A DNA stretch of 39,249 nt from a virus (taxonomy: Duplodnaviria; Caudoviricetes). Below, in pieces: positions 17,952 to 26,856 of this stretch. The position numbers were made by a program, and so were the translations under genes. The stretch is taken from positions 1-39,249 of the IMG/VR virus record IMGVR_UViG_3300014202_001563. One strand, given 5' to 3'. Every line of letters starts with the position of its first letter. Positions within the stretch are counted from its first letter, which is position 1. The notes beneath the pieces were generated by a model that saw only the letters and a list, made by a program, of their open reading frames with translations, had not been told where the DNA came from and did no database searches.

Positions 17952-20473
17952 TATTCCTCTATCCCAGTTGCAGCTGCTACATCAATTCTCAATTCAATGT
18001 TATCGAATATCTTATGTTCTAAACTCGATCCGTGAGAAATGTACTGATCATACCCGAAATCGATCTTTGTGGTATTCAGATCACGGCCTATTGCCGTTGT
18101 TTTTGGCTCTGTCCTGTAAACCTTATTTGTATTTGAAAACAAAATAGCACCGCTTAATCCGGGCCTAAAGATTTCCGGAGCTACCGGGTATGTATATATT
18201 TTCCAGTGATTATATATAAGGTTAAATATGTAGATCTTGCTGTTTAAGTAAACAAATACTTCTCTGCTGTCCGGAAGAAAACCCATTATTGCGGCATCCT
18301 TGGCCGCTGTTGAGATCTTCTGATATTCCTCTCTCCACCTGTTTACAAGTAGATCCTCCGGTTCATTATTAACAAACCTGAATATACTCTCATAATTTAA
18401 CCAGTATATCCCTCCGAACACACCATCAACCTCTGCTTTTACAATACACCTTTTATTCAATGTACCTCTATGCAAAAAATTACGCATTACACGGAATAAA
18501 AGATTTTTCCAGTTTGTAACTTCAACCCAGATCATTTCTGTTGATGTGAATAACATGAACTGATTACCCAGCAGCGAAACACCACCAATTAGACTGCCGG
18601 TTTTGGATATTTCTCTCATCCTTTCAGTACTAAATATACTTAGTGCGCTGATATTACCATTCTGAATATTATTAAACCCTACTGCAATACTGCCGTTTTT
18701 ACGCTCTATTACGTTTTCACCCTCACTGGTTAAACTGTCATTACTGATATTAACAGCCACCATAAGATCCGAAAGTTTGATCAGCTGCTTGCATTTAATA
18801 TCAATATCTTTCCAGTAGTACTGGTTTAAATATGCATTCAACGATAAGCCAGTTGCAAACTTTGTAATTAAGCCATAATCATTAGGATACAGATCGAATA
18901 CCACTACTGCAAAAAGATCATCTTCTGTTTTTATTCCGTTATCCAGTACTGAAACATCCTGGCCGTTAGAAAACCGGTATGTCGGAAATACTTCATTATT
19001 TCTGGTATCTTTAGGTTCAAAATCATTATTTTCACCTCCAAATACATCAAAATGAGATAACCGCCTGTCATAACTATAAAGAAATTCAACATAGCAATGT
19101 TTAAGAGTTACTGATCCGGCATCATTTGTAACTACAATGTTTTTCAGAAATATCTCCTGAAACTCATCTAACCTTGCACAAATCGAAAAAGCCCTCCTTT
19201 GGGCTGATCCGCTGGTATTATAAAATATAAAGTGAACTTTGATACCTAATTCATAAAGCTGTGAATCCACGATATGAGAATATTCACCTGTTCCTGGCTC
19301 AAGCAAAAAGTACAGCAGCTTTTCAGTTATTACCGGCTGATCAAATGAAAACCAGAATCCATCCCAGGCATCACTATTTTTCTGAAATGTTATTACCCAC
19401 TGTTGATCAACAGGATGGCCATAAAATGTTTCCCAATAAACCTTTACATTATCACTCAAACTTCTTGGAGGATTATTGTTCGATACAACATCCTCTACAC
19501 TCCACGATCCCGAATCTTTTTTCCACACAAATCTATCATAGTCTATACCTCCCGATCCTGTATATGTTATCTTTACCGTAAATGTAGTTGTCGCATTCAA
19601 TGTATTCTTTGTAGCTGCTATTTTAAGATCATCCGCACCGCCTCCACTTTCTACAATGCTTTGTGCGGCTATACCAAAAAAATTCTTCTTCTGCAAAAAC
19701 CCTAACCATAATGTTCTGCTTTCATGGCCGCAAGCTATCTTAACCAAATTAGGCATTTCAGCCTCTATTGTCGTTTCAGTTATATCAGCCCAGTTACCGG
19801 CATTATGCATATTTACCGGAAACCGGCATACACCGGCATCAACATCTGCTGTTTCACCTGGATTTAACGCTATCTTAAAATATCCATATCCACCGCTTGT
19901 TATTGAGGCTGTACACATGCCAATAATATGACCTGTTGCAATGGCCGTGAATCCCTTGTAATAATTCTGATTTCTGCCGGTATGAATAATAGCGGTATCA
20001 CTTCTTAAGTTGTAAATTATGCCTCCTATGTCCCACGATCCTCCCTCAACAGTTACACCACTTTCACCACCCCGGTAATATTCTGTTAGCTCAATAAAAT
20101 CAGTATTCCAGCCAAATCCACTGGTTTTGTAACTGTTCTGGTAATCTGTATCCGGGCAATAATAATTTTTTAAATAGATCTTTGTTTTATCCGGGCTGAC
20201 TAAATTCCTTGCAATGACAATCAACACATCACTTTTTACACCATCAGATGAAATAAAGGATTTTTCAGCATAATCAATTATTTTGAAGTTTGCCGGTAAA
20301 CTGCTGCTTAAATCATGCAGCAATGATATTGGTACACGCCTTTTATCCTGGGCCGGAAAGAAATCCATATTATTACAATCATGCACTGAATCAACCGGGT
20401 TATTCGTTACATCACCATCAGTAATATAACCCTTGATATGCCCCTTTATATTTGCGGATAATTTATTGAACAT
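17951..20473 (-). CDS. Tail nozzle / packaged-DNA stabilization protein (P22 gp10 / T7 gp12-like beta-propeller)
   Basis: 840 aa beta-rich; N-terminal G-I-T-D..CNNMDF; blade motifs GIYWLNYESIFRF, IYIFNLIYNHWKIY; between adaptors and ejection genes. Confidence 0.7.
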   Translation of the reverse strand: MFNKLSANIKGHIKGYITDGDVTNNPVDSVHDCNNMDFFPAQDKRRVPISLLHDLSSSLPANFKIIDYAEKSFISSDGVKSDVLIVIARNLVSPDKTKIYLKNYYCPDTDYQNSYKTSGFGWNTDFIELTEYYRGGESGVTVEGGSWDIGGIIYNLRSDTAIIHTGRNQNYYKGFTAIATGHIIGMCTASITSGGYGYFKIALNPGETADVDAGVCRFPVNMHNAGNWADITETTIEAEMPNLVKIACGHESRTLWLGFLQKKNFFGIAAQSIVESGGGADDLKIAATKNTLNATTTFTVKITYTGSGGIDYDRFVWKKDSGSWSVEDVVSNNNPPRSLSDNVKVYWETFYGHPVDQQWVITFQKNSDAWDGFWFSFDQPVITEKLLYFLLEPGTGEYSHIVDSQLYELGIKVHFIFYNTSGSAQRRAFSICARLDEFQEIFLKNIVVTNDAGSVTLKHCYVEFLYSYDRRLSHFDVFGGENNDFEPKDTRNNEVFPTYRFSNGQDVSVLDNGIKTEDDLFAVVVFDLYPNDYGLITKFATGLSLNAYLNQYYWKDIDIKCKQLIKLSDLMVAVNISNDSLTSEGENVIERKNGSIAVGFNNIQNGNISALSIFSTERMREISKTGSLIGGVSLLGNQFMLFTSTEMIWVEVTNWKNLLFRVMRNFLHRGTLNKRCIVKAEVDGVFGGIYWLNYESIFRFVNNEPEDLLVNRWREEYQKISTAAKDAAIMGFLPDSREVFVYLNSKIYIFNLIYNHWKIYTYPVAPEIFRPGLSGAILFSNTNKVYRTEPKTTAIGRDLNTTKIDFGYDQYISHGSSLEHKIFDNIELRIDVAAATGIEE

Positions 20474-21082
20474 TTAAGAATTAACTTTTTGCAAGTTTGT
20501 CAACAGTACTTTAAATGCAGCCATTGTAATATCATTTACCCAGTTTTCAGGTTCAAATATATCCGCATTTGCTCCACCCTGTACAACCGCTATTGGCTGT
20601 ATAACACACATTGATGTAAGTGTATCATCATCAGTAGCAGGTACAGGCAATACATGAAGTGCATTATCGAATACAGAATATACCTCGTATGTCGAACTGG
20701 GTTTAAAAGTTGAATAAGGATTTTTAGCCGCATCCAGGAAGTGCTTGGCATCAATAAAATTTAATAAATGAATTCCACCGGCTACATCCCTGTGTAATTC
20801 AGCCGCAAGAACAGCTTTGATAAAATTATCTAATGGAAATTTGAGCGATACATCACATGATAAAACAACGCTTTGAACAAATTCCGGAAAGATCTCAATA
20901 AACTTATCGATCCCAAAATCCATTAGCCTGGATAAGTACAGCGTATTCCTGGCATCATTGATTGCCTCAAGCCTCATTGCTGCCGATATACCACCTACAC
21001 CATCTGCACTGGCTGATGATACCTCATCACCAATTCGCTTGGATAACTTTACCGATATTGCGTCTAATTTTGGCTGTGCCAT
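20474..21082 (-). CDS. Head-tail adaptor/ring protein
   Basis: LSKRIGD...LEAINDARN helical N-terminus, central beta region, C-terminal helix; position. Confidence 0.6.
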   Translation of the reverse strand: MAQPKLDAISVKLSKRIGDEVSSASADGVGGISAAMRLEAINDARNTLYLSRLMDFGIDKFIEIFPEFVQSVVLSCDVSLKFPLDNFIKAVLAAELHRDVAGGIHLLNFIDAKHFLDAAKNPYSTFKPSSTYEVYSVFDNALHVLPVPATDDDTLTSMCVIQPIAVVQGGANADIFEPENWVNDITMAAFKVLLTNLQKVNS

Positions 21083-22035
21083 TAACTAACACCGTTTAAT
21101 TGTTTGATAAGTTCCTCATCCTTGGCTTTTCTCATAGCCTGTAACCGCTGCTGTGTACTTGCCATTTCCTGTGGCATAGGTACTTTCAATGTCTGAATTC
21201 CATCCAGTAAATTCATATCCTGTACCATATTGAAGTTCTTATCCCTTATATCCAGCAGATCCTCCAGTGTTGTTACATGATACGGATTCCGGATGAAATA
21301 CATAGTCCTCACACCATAGCTATCCAGATCACCCTTGGCAAAAAATAGGTTTTCACCTGCCCTGGTACAAATGATCTGGTTTCTGTATGTTGAATAAGGA
21401 TACAATGATGGTTTAACGATCCCTTTGTATTCTGTGAAAGGAAACATTGAACATTCACCATGTATATCCGAAAATATACCGGTAATCCTTTCAATGTTTT
21501 TATAAATATCAAGTACACCGATATTGATCTCATCAGCATTGGAATTTGCGGTTATAAATGCAAGCAGATCATTACCGGCAATTGCAGCCGTGATCTTCTG
21601 GATCGTTCTTACATTTACCTTGGTAGCCGATACAATACTTTCAATAGTACCCGAATAAGATATACCCGTTGAAACCTTTACAATCGCTACATTAGCCCCG
21701 ATCCACGAAACATCAAAATCAGTATCACCTACCCAAACAATTCCGCTGCCGGAGGCCGGTATGGTTAATTCAGCAACATAAGCACTCCCACCGGCATAAG
21801 CAGCCCCGGCATCCTGTGAGCTTGATACACTCTTAGTAACTTCATTTAATGGAGCGCTATCTTTATATTCCTCATCATCTAATGCCCCGGTTAAAGCTAT
21901 AAATTCATCCGTATTCATATTCAAAATACGCATGTATTCTGTCGGAGTAATTTCTTTATCAGTGAATTTCCGTAACCTCACCCTGAAATTCTCGAATGCC
22001 TCTCCTACTTTGAATGTACCTATTCTGTTACTCAT
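21082..22035 (-). CDS. Head-tail adaptor/ring protein with inserted beta-barrel domain
   Basis: FENFRVRLR...YMRILN start; insertion TDFDVSWIGANV..TIESIVSATKV; MYFIRNP..LDI end. Confidence 0.6.
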   Translation of the reverse strand: MSNRIGTFKVGEAFENFRVRLRKFTDKEITPTEYMRILNMNTDEFIALTGALDDEEYKDSAPLNEVTKSVSSSQDAGAAYAGGSAYVAELTIPASGSGIVWVGDTDFDVSWIGANVAIVKVSTGISYSGTIESIVSATKVNVRTIQKITAAIAGNDLLAFITANSNADEINIGVLDIYKNIERITGIFSDIHGECSMFPFTEYKGIVKPSLYPYSTYRNQIICTRAGENLFFAKGDLDSYGVRTMYFIRNPYHVTTLEDLLDIRDKNFNMVQDMNLLDGIQTLKVPMPQEMASTQQRLQAMRKAKDEELIKQLNGVS

Positions 22036-22050
22036 TTTTTTATTCCCCTT

Positions 22051-22653
22051 TTAGAAGTTGATGTTTCTTAAACTTGATCCTTTAGCTAATTTTTTGGTTT
22101 TTACTCCTGATGATAAACCCTTAACAAAATTCAATACCTGCTTTAAACTCTGAAAACCCTTATCAGGTAAACGATCCTTATGTTCACTTTTTACGGCCTC
22201 TTTCAACCAGGGAAGATAATCATCACCTATTTCCGGATCATGTAATTCCGATATTGGAGCTGTGGCCTTTACAAACGATTCAACATATATCTTATTACCC
22301 GATACTATTTCAGCCTCATTCTGAAGAATGAAGATCCGCTTTGTACCTGCAACTTCACCTACTGTTGGGTATGGTTCATGTATCCAATCAACCCGGTAAT
22401 CCGTATCATTATTTGAATAAGGCTTATGTGTAACAGCTAAAATTGAATCATCCATAGGGTATTTATAAATGGCTGCTGCAAGCGGTATTTCCCAGCGTTT
22501 AAATGTTGTGAAATACGTGGTCATAAAAAGAGTTTGATAGTAATTCAACCTCTCATAGATCCCGTTATCATTCTTGTAATGAAGATTATCATTATCACCG
22601 ATTGCATCACGGATCTCAATAACTAACTTTTTTGATTTATCTCCAGCAGCCAT
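22051..22653 (-). CDS. Head-tail adaptor/ring protein
   Basis: IEIRDAIGD...IYERLN; YKYPMDDSILAV; DPEIGDDYLPWL. Confidence 0.6.
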   Translation of the reverse strand: MAAGDKSKKLVIEIRDAIGDNDNLHYKNDNGIYERLNYYQTLFMTTYFTTFKRWEIPLAAAIYKYPMDDSILAVTHKPYSNNDTDYRVDWIHEPYPTVGEVAGTKRIFILQNEAEIVSGNKIYVESFVKATAPISELHDPEIGDDYLPWLKEAVKSEHKDRLPDKGFQSLKQVLNFVKGLSSGVKTKKLAKGSSLRNINF

Positions 22654-22661
22654 AATATTTT

Positions 22662-23312
22662 TTAGTTATAAATTCTGATCTCAACAAACACAACACCGGT
22701 ATCAGTTGCGGCATAAGCAATTGCGGCATCATCCATTGTAGCAGTTCCACCGGCAATTGTTGCATTATCCATTGTAGCAGTTCCACCGGCAATCGCAGGA
22801 TCATTAATAACCGGAGGACTGCCATCAGTTATTAGCGGATCTGTGATCTGGCCATCAACTACGGTTATACCTGTATCTGTGATCTGGCCATCAACTACGG
22901 TTATACCTGCATCTGTTATTGCCGGTAATCCTAATTTGATGGTAACACTGTTTGCATCTTTTCTTGCCGCATGAGAATTAAGGAATGAGCCTTGTGGAGT
23001 GATAAATACAACAGTCTTATCTTCCGTAAATACATTACCGGCCACATTTATGTCATAATCACCGGCCCCGGTACGTGATATGCTCGAAATATCTACACCA
23101 GATTCATTCTGCAATACATCAAATGTTGGTGTAGTATCATCACCGGTTAAAAGTCCCGTAATCACTTTATAAGGTTCACCGGCTGATGAAAGTAAAGCTA
23201 TGATCTCCGCATCACTCGGAGGATTTGTATTTGCGTTTTTGATACTTTTCGGATTCCCCGGCTGCCCGAAGAAAAGATCCTTAAGTTTCTGCGCTAATGT
23301 TACGTTTAACAT
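22662..23312 (-). CDS. Putative capsid decoration/auxiliary structural protein with internal 12-aa repeats
   Basis: Directly after capsid; SD AAGGAG; SISRTGAGDY...VEIRIYN beta domain interrupted by repeats. Confidence 0.55.
   Translation of the reverse strand: MLNVTLAQKLKDLFFGQPGNPKSIKNANTNPPSDAEIIALLSSAGEPYKVITGLLTGDDTTPTFDVLQNESGVDISSISRTGAGDYDINVAGNVFTEDKTVVFITPQGSFLNSHAARKDANSVTIKLGLPAITDAGITVVDGQITDTGITVVDGQITDPLITDGSPPVINDPAIAGGTATMDNATIAGGTATMDDAAIAYAATDTGVVFVEIRIYN
22726..22797. repeat. 36-bp tandem duplication (AIAGGTATMDNA-type unit x2)
   Basis: gcatcatccattgtagcagttccaccggcaattgtt / gcattatccattgtagcagttccaccggcaatcgca. Confidence 0.95.
22839..22916. repeat. 36-bp tandem duplication (GITVVDGQITDx unit x2 plus partial)
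   Basis: atctgtgatctggccatcaactacggttatacctg(t/c) twice, then atctgt. Confidence 0.95.
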
Positions 23313-23338
23313 AATTTTTAAACTCCTTATATATTAAT

Positions 23339-23364
23339 GGCATGGCATATTTCTACGCCATGCC
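23339..23364 (-). terminator. Stem-loop after capsid gene (partial terminator or mRNA stabiliser)
   Basis: Minus strand GGCATGGCGTA-GAAA-TATGCCATGCC, 11-bp stem, GNRA loop; only weak U-tract on the minus strand. Confidence 0.7.
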
Positions 23365-23383
23365 TTTGTTATTAAATTATCCG

Positions 23384-24721
23384 TTATCCCCAGATCTTTG
23401 CAATATCATCCTTATCACCATAGATACCATGCATCTCTGCAAGTGCTAAGAAGAATGCGCCCTCTGTAAGTAACTGATCATGCGATCCATCCAGCCCCGG
23501 TAACTGAACATTAGCCTGGAATAATGTTGTTTGCAGCATACGCTGTTCAATAAACCTGGTATGGATAGGAATGTACAACGGTTTTTCATTGTCCGGAGCT
23601 ACATCAGTCAATATAGGATGTTCCCAAATATCCCACGTGCCTTTTCCGATCCTTACACGCTGAACATTAGGCACACCGTAACTCTTGACTTCCGGATTAA
23701 CGATACAAAGTTTATCCTCATTCAGTTCATTGAAGAAATCTATACCGGCTCCATTGGTAATACAAAGTCTGTGCTGGTATTTGTTACCCTGTACACGCCT
23801 TGGAACAAACAACTTATTGGCAAACTGTTTCAGCTTGGTATATGAATGAGAAGTGTATCCTGGGGCTGTACCACCGGTTTCAATAAATACATTCGGAGAT
23901 TTGTTGAGGATCTTGTAAACCATACCCTCATAAACGCCTCTGTATTCATTTGTATCATCAGCCGGTTTCTTTTCACGGTTCATAAGGATACTCCACTCCA
24001 TATCCTCACTGTGATCACCCTCACACTCCATTCTCATCCTGGCTCTTTCAGTTTCGCCATACAAACGCTCCTGGCTCATTGTTCTGCTTAAAGCATAGGA
24101 ATTCTTGAAGATCTGTGTTTGATAACCATCCTTGGTAGGTTTAACGGTCAACGGGCTTGATTTATCTGATCCCTGTGGAAATGCTGTACCAATATACATA
24201 ATCTTATCTGTGGCTGCTGTAATAGCGGTTAAAACCTTACTTACATACATTGGTATTACCGTGATATTGTCCCCGGTTCTTGCAGTAACAATAAACATGT
24301 TTGTTTCACCAGTCAATAAAGCATCAGTTTTCATGATCTTGTAATACTGGTTAGCTGCAAATGCTTTACCTTTTCCTGTGGGAAGATCGATTTCAGTCCA
24401 TGAGGCTGCTTTATTTTCAGCTACACTAAACAGCCTTTCACGTGATCTTTGCTCAAAATAGAAACCCTCTGAACTGTTAGCCTTTTGCCTGGCCAATTCC
24501 TGTGAAAGTTTAGTGAGAAATGTTACTCCCTCCCTATCCTTGAAGATCTCTTTCTTGAAATCGAAATCAATACGATCCTTACCATCATAAGATTTCATGT
24601 AATCCGGATGGTACACCGGTACATCTACTGCGAATGTGAAACTGGTAAACAGTGATACGACTGTTATTAAGATCAGCGATAATAGATATGTCGCTGATTG
24701 GAATAATCTGTGTAATTTCAT
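23384..24721 (-). CDS. Major capsid protein (DUF5309/SU10-like HK97 fold) with hydrophobic N-terminal leader
   Basis: YQTQIFKNSYALSRT, EDMEWSILMN, GVYEGM, IWEHPIL motifs; after scaffold; SD AGGAG 8 nt before ATG. Confidence 0.85.
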   Translation of the reverse strand: MKLHRLFQSATYLLSLILITVVSLFTSFTFAVDVPVYHPDYMKSYDGKDRIDFDFKKEIFKDREGVTFLTKLSQELARQKANSSEGFYFEQRSRERLFSVAENKAASWTEIDLPTGKGKAFAANQYYKIMKTDALLTGETNMFIVTARTGDNITVIPMYVSKVLTAITAATDKIMYIGTAFPQGSDKSSPLTVKPTKDGYQTQIFKNSYALSRTMSQERLYGETERARMRMECEGDHSEDMEWSILMNREKKPADDTNEYRGVYEGMVYKILNKSPNVFIETGGTAPGYTSHSYTKLKQFANKLFVPRRVQGNKYQHRLCITNGAGIDFFNELNEDKLCIVNPEVKSYGVPNVQRVRIGKGTWDIWEHPILTDVAPDNEKPLYIPIHTRFIEQRMLQTTLFQANVQLPGLDGSHDQLLTEGAFFLALAEMHGIYGDKDDIAKIWG

Positions 24722-24882
24722 TTCTTAACTCCTGGGTTTTGCCCCGAATAATTAATTAAAAAGTTTAGTAAAACTGGCTCTTTAGTTAATATCAGAATTT
24801 AGTTATTTATTACACCCTCTATTCCGTTATATCTGTTATCGCTGATATACTTGGGGTAGGATGTGGAAACAACCTGCCGAAC

Positions 24883-26055
24883 TTAAGCCATCAAGTTCTT
24901 GAGTTTTTCCTCTCTGGTATTTCCTTTTACTGCATAAACCGTATCCTTATCACTTGCACGATCTTTGCTTTTATCAGCATCATCACCAGTGCCGGATGTC
25001 GATTTATTTTGTTTATCCTTAGTTTTCTCCAGTTTTTTATCCAGATCTTTGCTGGCTTTATCCTTGGTTGAACTATTTTTCAAAAAATCTAAATGTGCGT
25101 AATTGAACTTGTAATTCCTGTAATAATCAACCGGTTTCATATCGCCAATTGTAGCTTTGTTGATTATCTCCAGCAGCAAGTAACCTTTCTGTACTTCCGG
25201 ATCATCCTTTGTCCTCTTGCCGTCTTTTTCCTCTTTCATTATAGCAATGTAATCATCACTTAATTTCAACTCCGGGAAGTTCTCTGCAAGATCGATTACC
25301 TGATCCTTAAAGTAATTGATCTTTGTTTCCCTAACAATATTCACCTTATCCAGCTGCAACTCATCAAGTTTTCTCTGTGCATCCCTCTGATCCATTTTGA
25401 GATCCATCTTTTTATCATCATCATCCAGGGTATCAGCCTTGGTATCAAGTATAGCCTTTAATCTTGTTTCCTGTTCAATCAGATCATTAGCTTTGGTTTC
25501 CAGTGCTGCACGTTCTGTTTTTATAGCCTCTTTTTCTTTGGCTATATCCTGATCTTTCCGGCCCTGGGTTTTCATCCACTCATCCCGGTTTCTGCCGAAT
25601 TCAATATCAATATACTTTTTGCGGTATGCCTCTTTCTGATCATCAGAAAGCATCTTGAAATCTGTGATGATACCCTCAAACTCTTTTTCTACCAACGGAT
25701 CTATTTCAGCCTGGGTAAAACTCTTTGCTCCGATCTTGTAAGGTTTTTCATCAGCTGCTTTATTCTTGCCGGATTTATCCTCTGTATCTTTTTTATCCTT
25801 GGGATCATCAGCTGGTTTATCTTTAACCGGTTTATCAGCTGGTTTATCCTTATCCGGTATAACCCCATCTTTACCCAGTTCAACCTCTTTATCATCCGGC
25901 AATAGTTCATGGATCTCACTGATCTCGAAATCTTGCTTAATTGCGTTTATATCCATTTCAGCATCACTGAATGAAAACTTACCGGCTGTTGCTGCTATAA
26001 AATATGATACTAATGAAAACAGATACAAAATGGAACTTCTAATTGATTTGATCAT
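24883..26055 (-). CDS. Capsid scaffolding protein with hydrophobic N-terminal leader
   Basis: D/K-rich disordered region, YKIGAKSFT motif, long coiled coil, immediately upstream of capsid; ATGA-coupled start. Confidence 0.75.
   Translation of the reverse strand: MIKSIRSSILYLFSLVSYFIAATAGKFSFSDAEMDINAIKQDFEISEIHELLPDDKEVELGKDGVIPDKDKPADKPVKDKPADDPKDKKDTEDKSGKNKAADEKPYKIGAKSFTQAEIDPLVEKEFEGIITDFKMLSDDQKEAYRKKYIDIEFGRNRDEWMKTQGRKDQDIAKEKEAIKTERAALETKANDLIEQETRLKAILDTKADTLDDDDKKMDLKMDQRDAQRKLDELQLDKVNIVRETKINYFKDQVIDLAENFPELKLSDDYIAIMKEEKDGKRTKDDPEVQKGYLLLEIINKATIGDMKPVDYYRNYKFNYAHLDFLKNSSTKDKASKDLDKKLEKTKDKQNKSTSGTGDDADKSKDRASDKDTVYAVKGNTREEKLKNLMA
25807..25860. repeat. 27-bp imperfect tandem repeat in scaffold linker (P-x-KDKPAD x2)
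   Basis: atcagctggtttatctttaaccggttt / atcagctggtttatccttatccggtat. Confidence 0.85.
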
Positions 26056-26651
26056 TGTAGTATTGTGATTAATTTAATAAAATATGGTATTAAGATTACT
26101 GTACACCCTATGATAAAACTTGCTTTAAACCTGCTGTATGAAAAATCTATGTAACCGAATAAGAAATAAAACCTTTTTAACCAGTATGGATTGCCCTGGT
26201 ATTCCTTAACCAGTCCCAATTGCCCTAATTCAATGTAGTATCCGAATTCAGCCACCATAAAGAACAGCCCTATCAGTGTTGTAAAGAATTCCAAATGCCT
26301 GGCTGCATAATCTAATGGAGCAAATACACTGATCTCAAAACCGATCCCAAAGAAGTAAATGAGTGCTAAAAATATTATATCGATAACAGCCTGGATTATT
26401 ACCCTGTACCTGAACACATTCTTATGATCAAGTATAACTCCGGTATTTTGCCTGGTTATTACAATAGCGTATTCAGTAAACAACCATTTCAGCTGCTTGC
26501 TGAATCTTTTGTACAGCCTGTTCCAAAGATCATTGAGATATATTGCGAATATCCCTACCGGATTTATCTGCCCTTTTATCTTACGTTCATAGAAAAACCC
26601 GTAAAACAAGGCATCAACTGTTATCTTCTTTATGAAAAATAGTAAACTCAT
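26052..26651 (-). CDS. Multi-pass membrane protein in head module
   Basis: 199 aa, F/I/L/Y-rich, about 3-5 hydrophobic segments; ATGA-coupled on both sides. Confidence 0.7.
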   Translation of the reverse strand: MSLLFFIKKITVDALFYGFFYERKIKGQINPVGIFAIYLNDLWNRLYKRFSKQLKWLFTEYAIVITRQNTGVILDHKNVFRYRVIIQAVIDIIFLALIYFFGIGFEISVFAPLDYAARHLEFFTTLIGLFFMVAEFGYYIELGQLGLVKEYQGNPYWLKRFYFLFGYIDFSYSRFKASFIIGCTVILIPYFIKLITILQ

Positions 26652-26839
26652 TCTCTGATATATACTGATATTCCTTTATCTGCATCTAATGGCATTGTTT
26701 CAATCTCACCATTGCCATCAGTTTTGTAGTTATTACGTACAGGATAAACTTTATCTGTTTGGTAAAACTCTACCATCACATTTACACCTGCAAGTGGCTT
26801 ATCATCCTGATCCATTAAACTTAATCTGATTTTTCTCAT
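26648..26839 (-). CDS. Small prealbumin/carboxypeptidase-regulatory-like beta protein
   Basis: DQDDKPLAGVNV...KTDGNGEI pattern. Confidence 0.5.
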   Translation of the reverse strand: MRKIRLSLMDQDDKPLAGVNVMVEFYQTDKVYPVRNNYKTDGNGEIETMPLDADKGISVYIRE

Positions 26840-26856
26840 TGTAATATAATTTAAAG

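Noticed and set aside
22726-22916. 36-bp repeats as a CRISPR array or DGR template/variable repeat pair
   Set aside because: Copies are directly tandem without spacers, in-frame in a gene, differences are not adenine-specific and no reverse transcriptase is present
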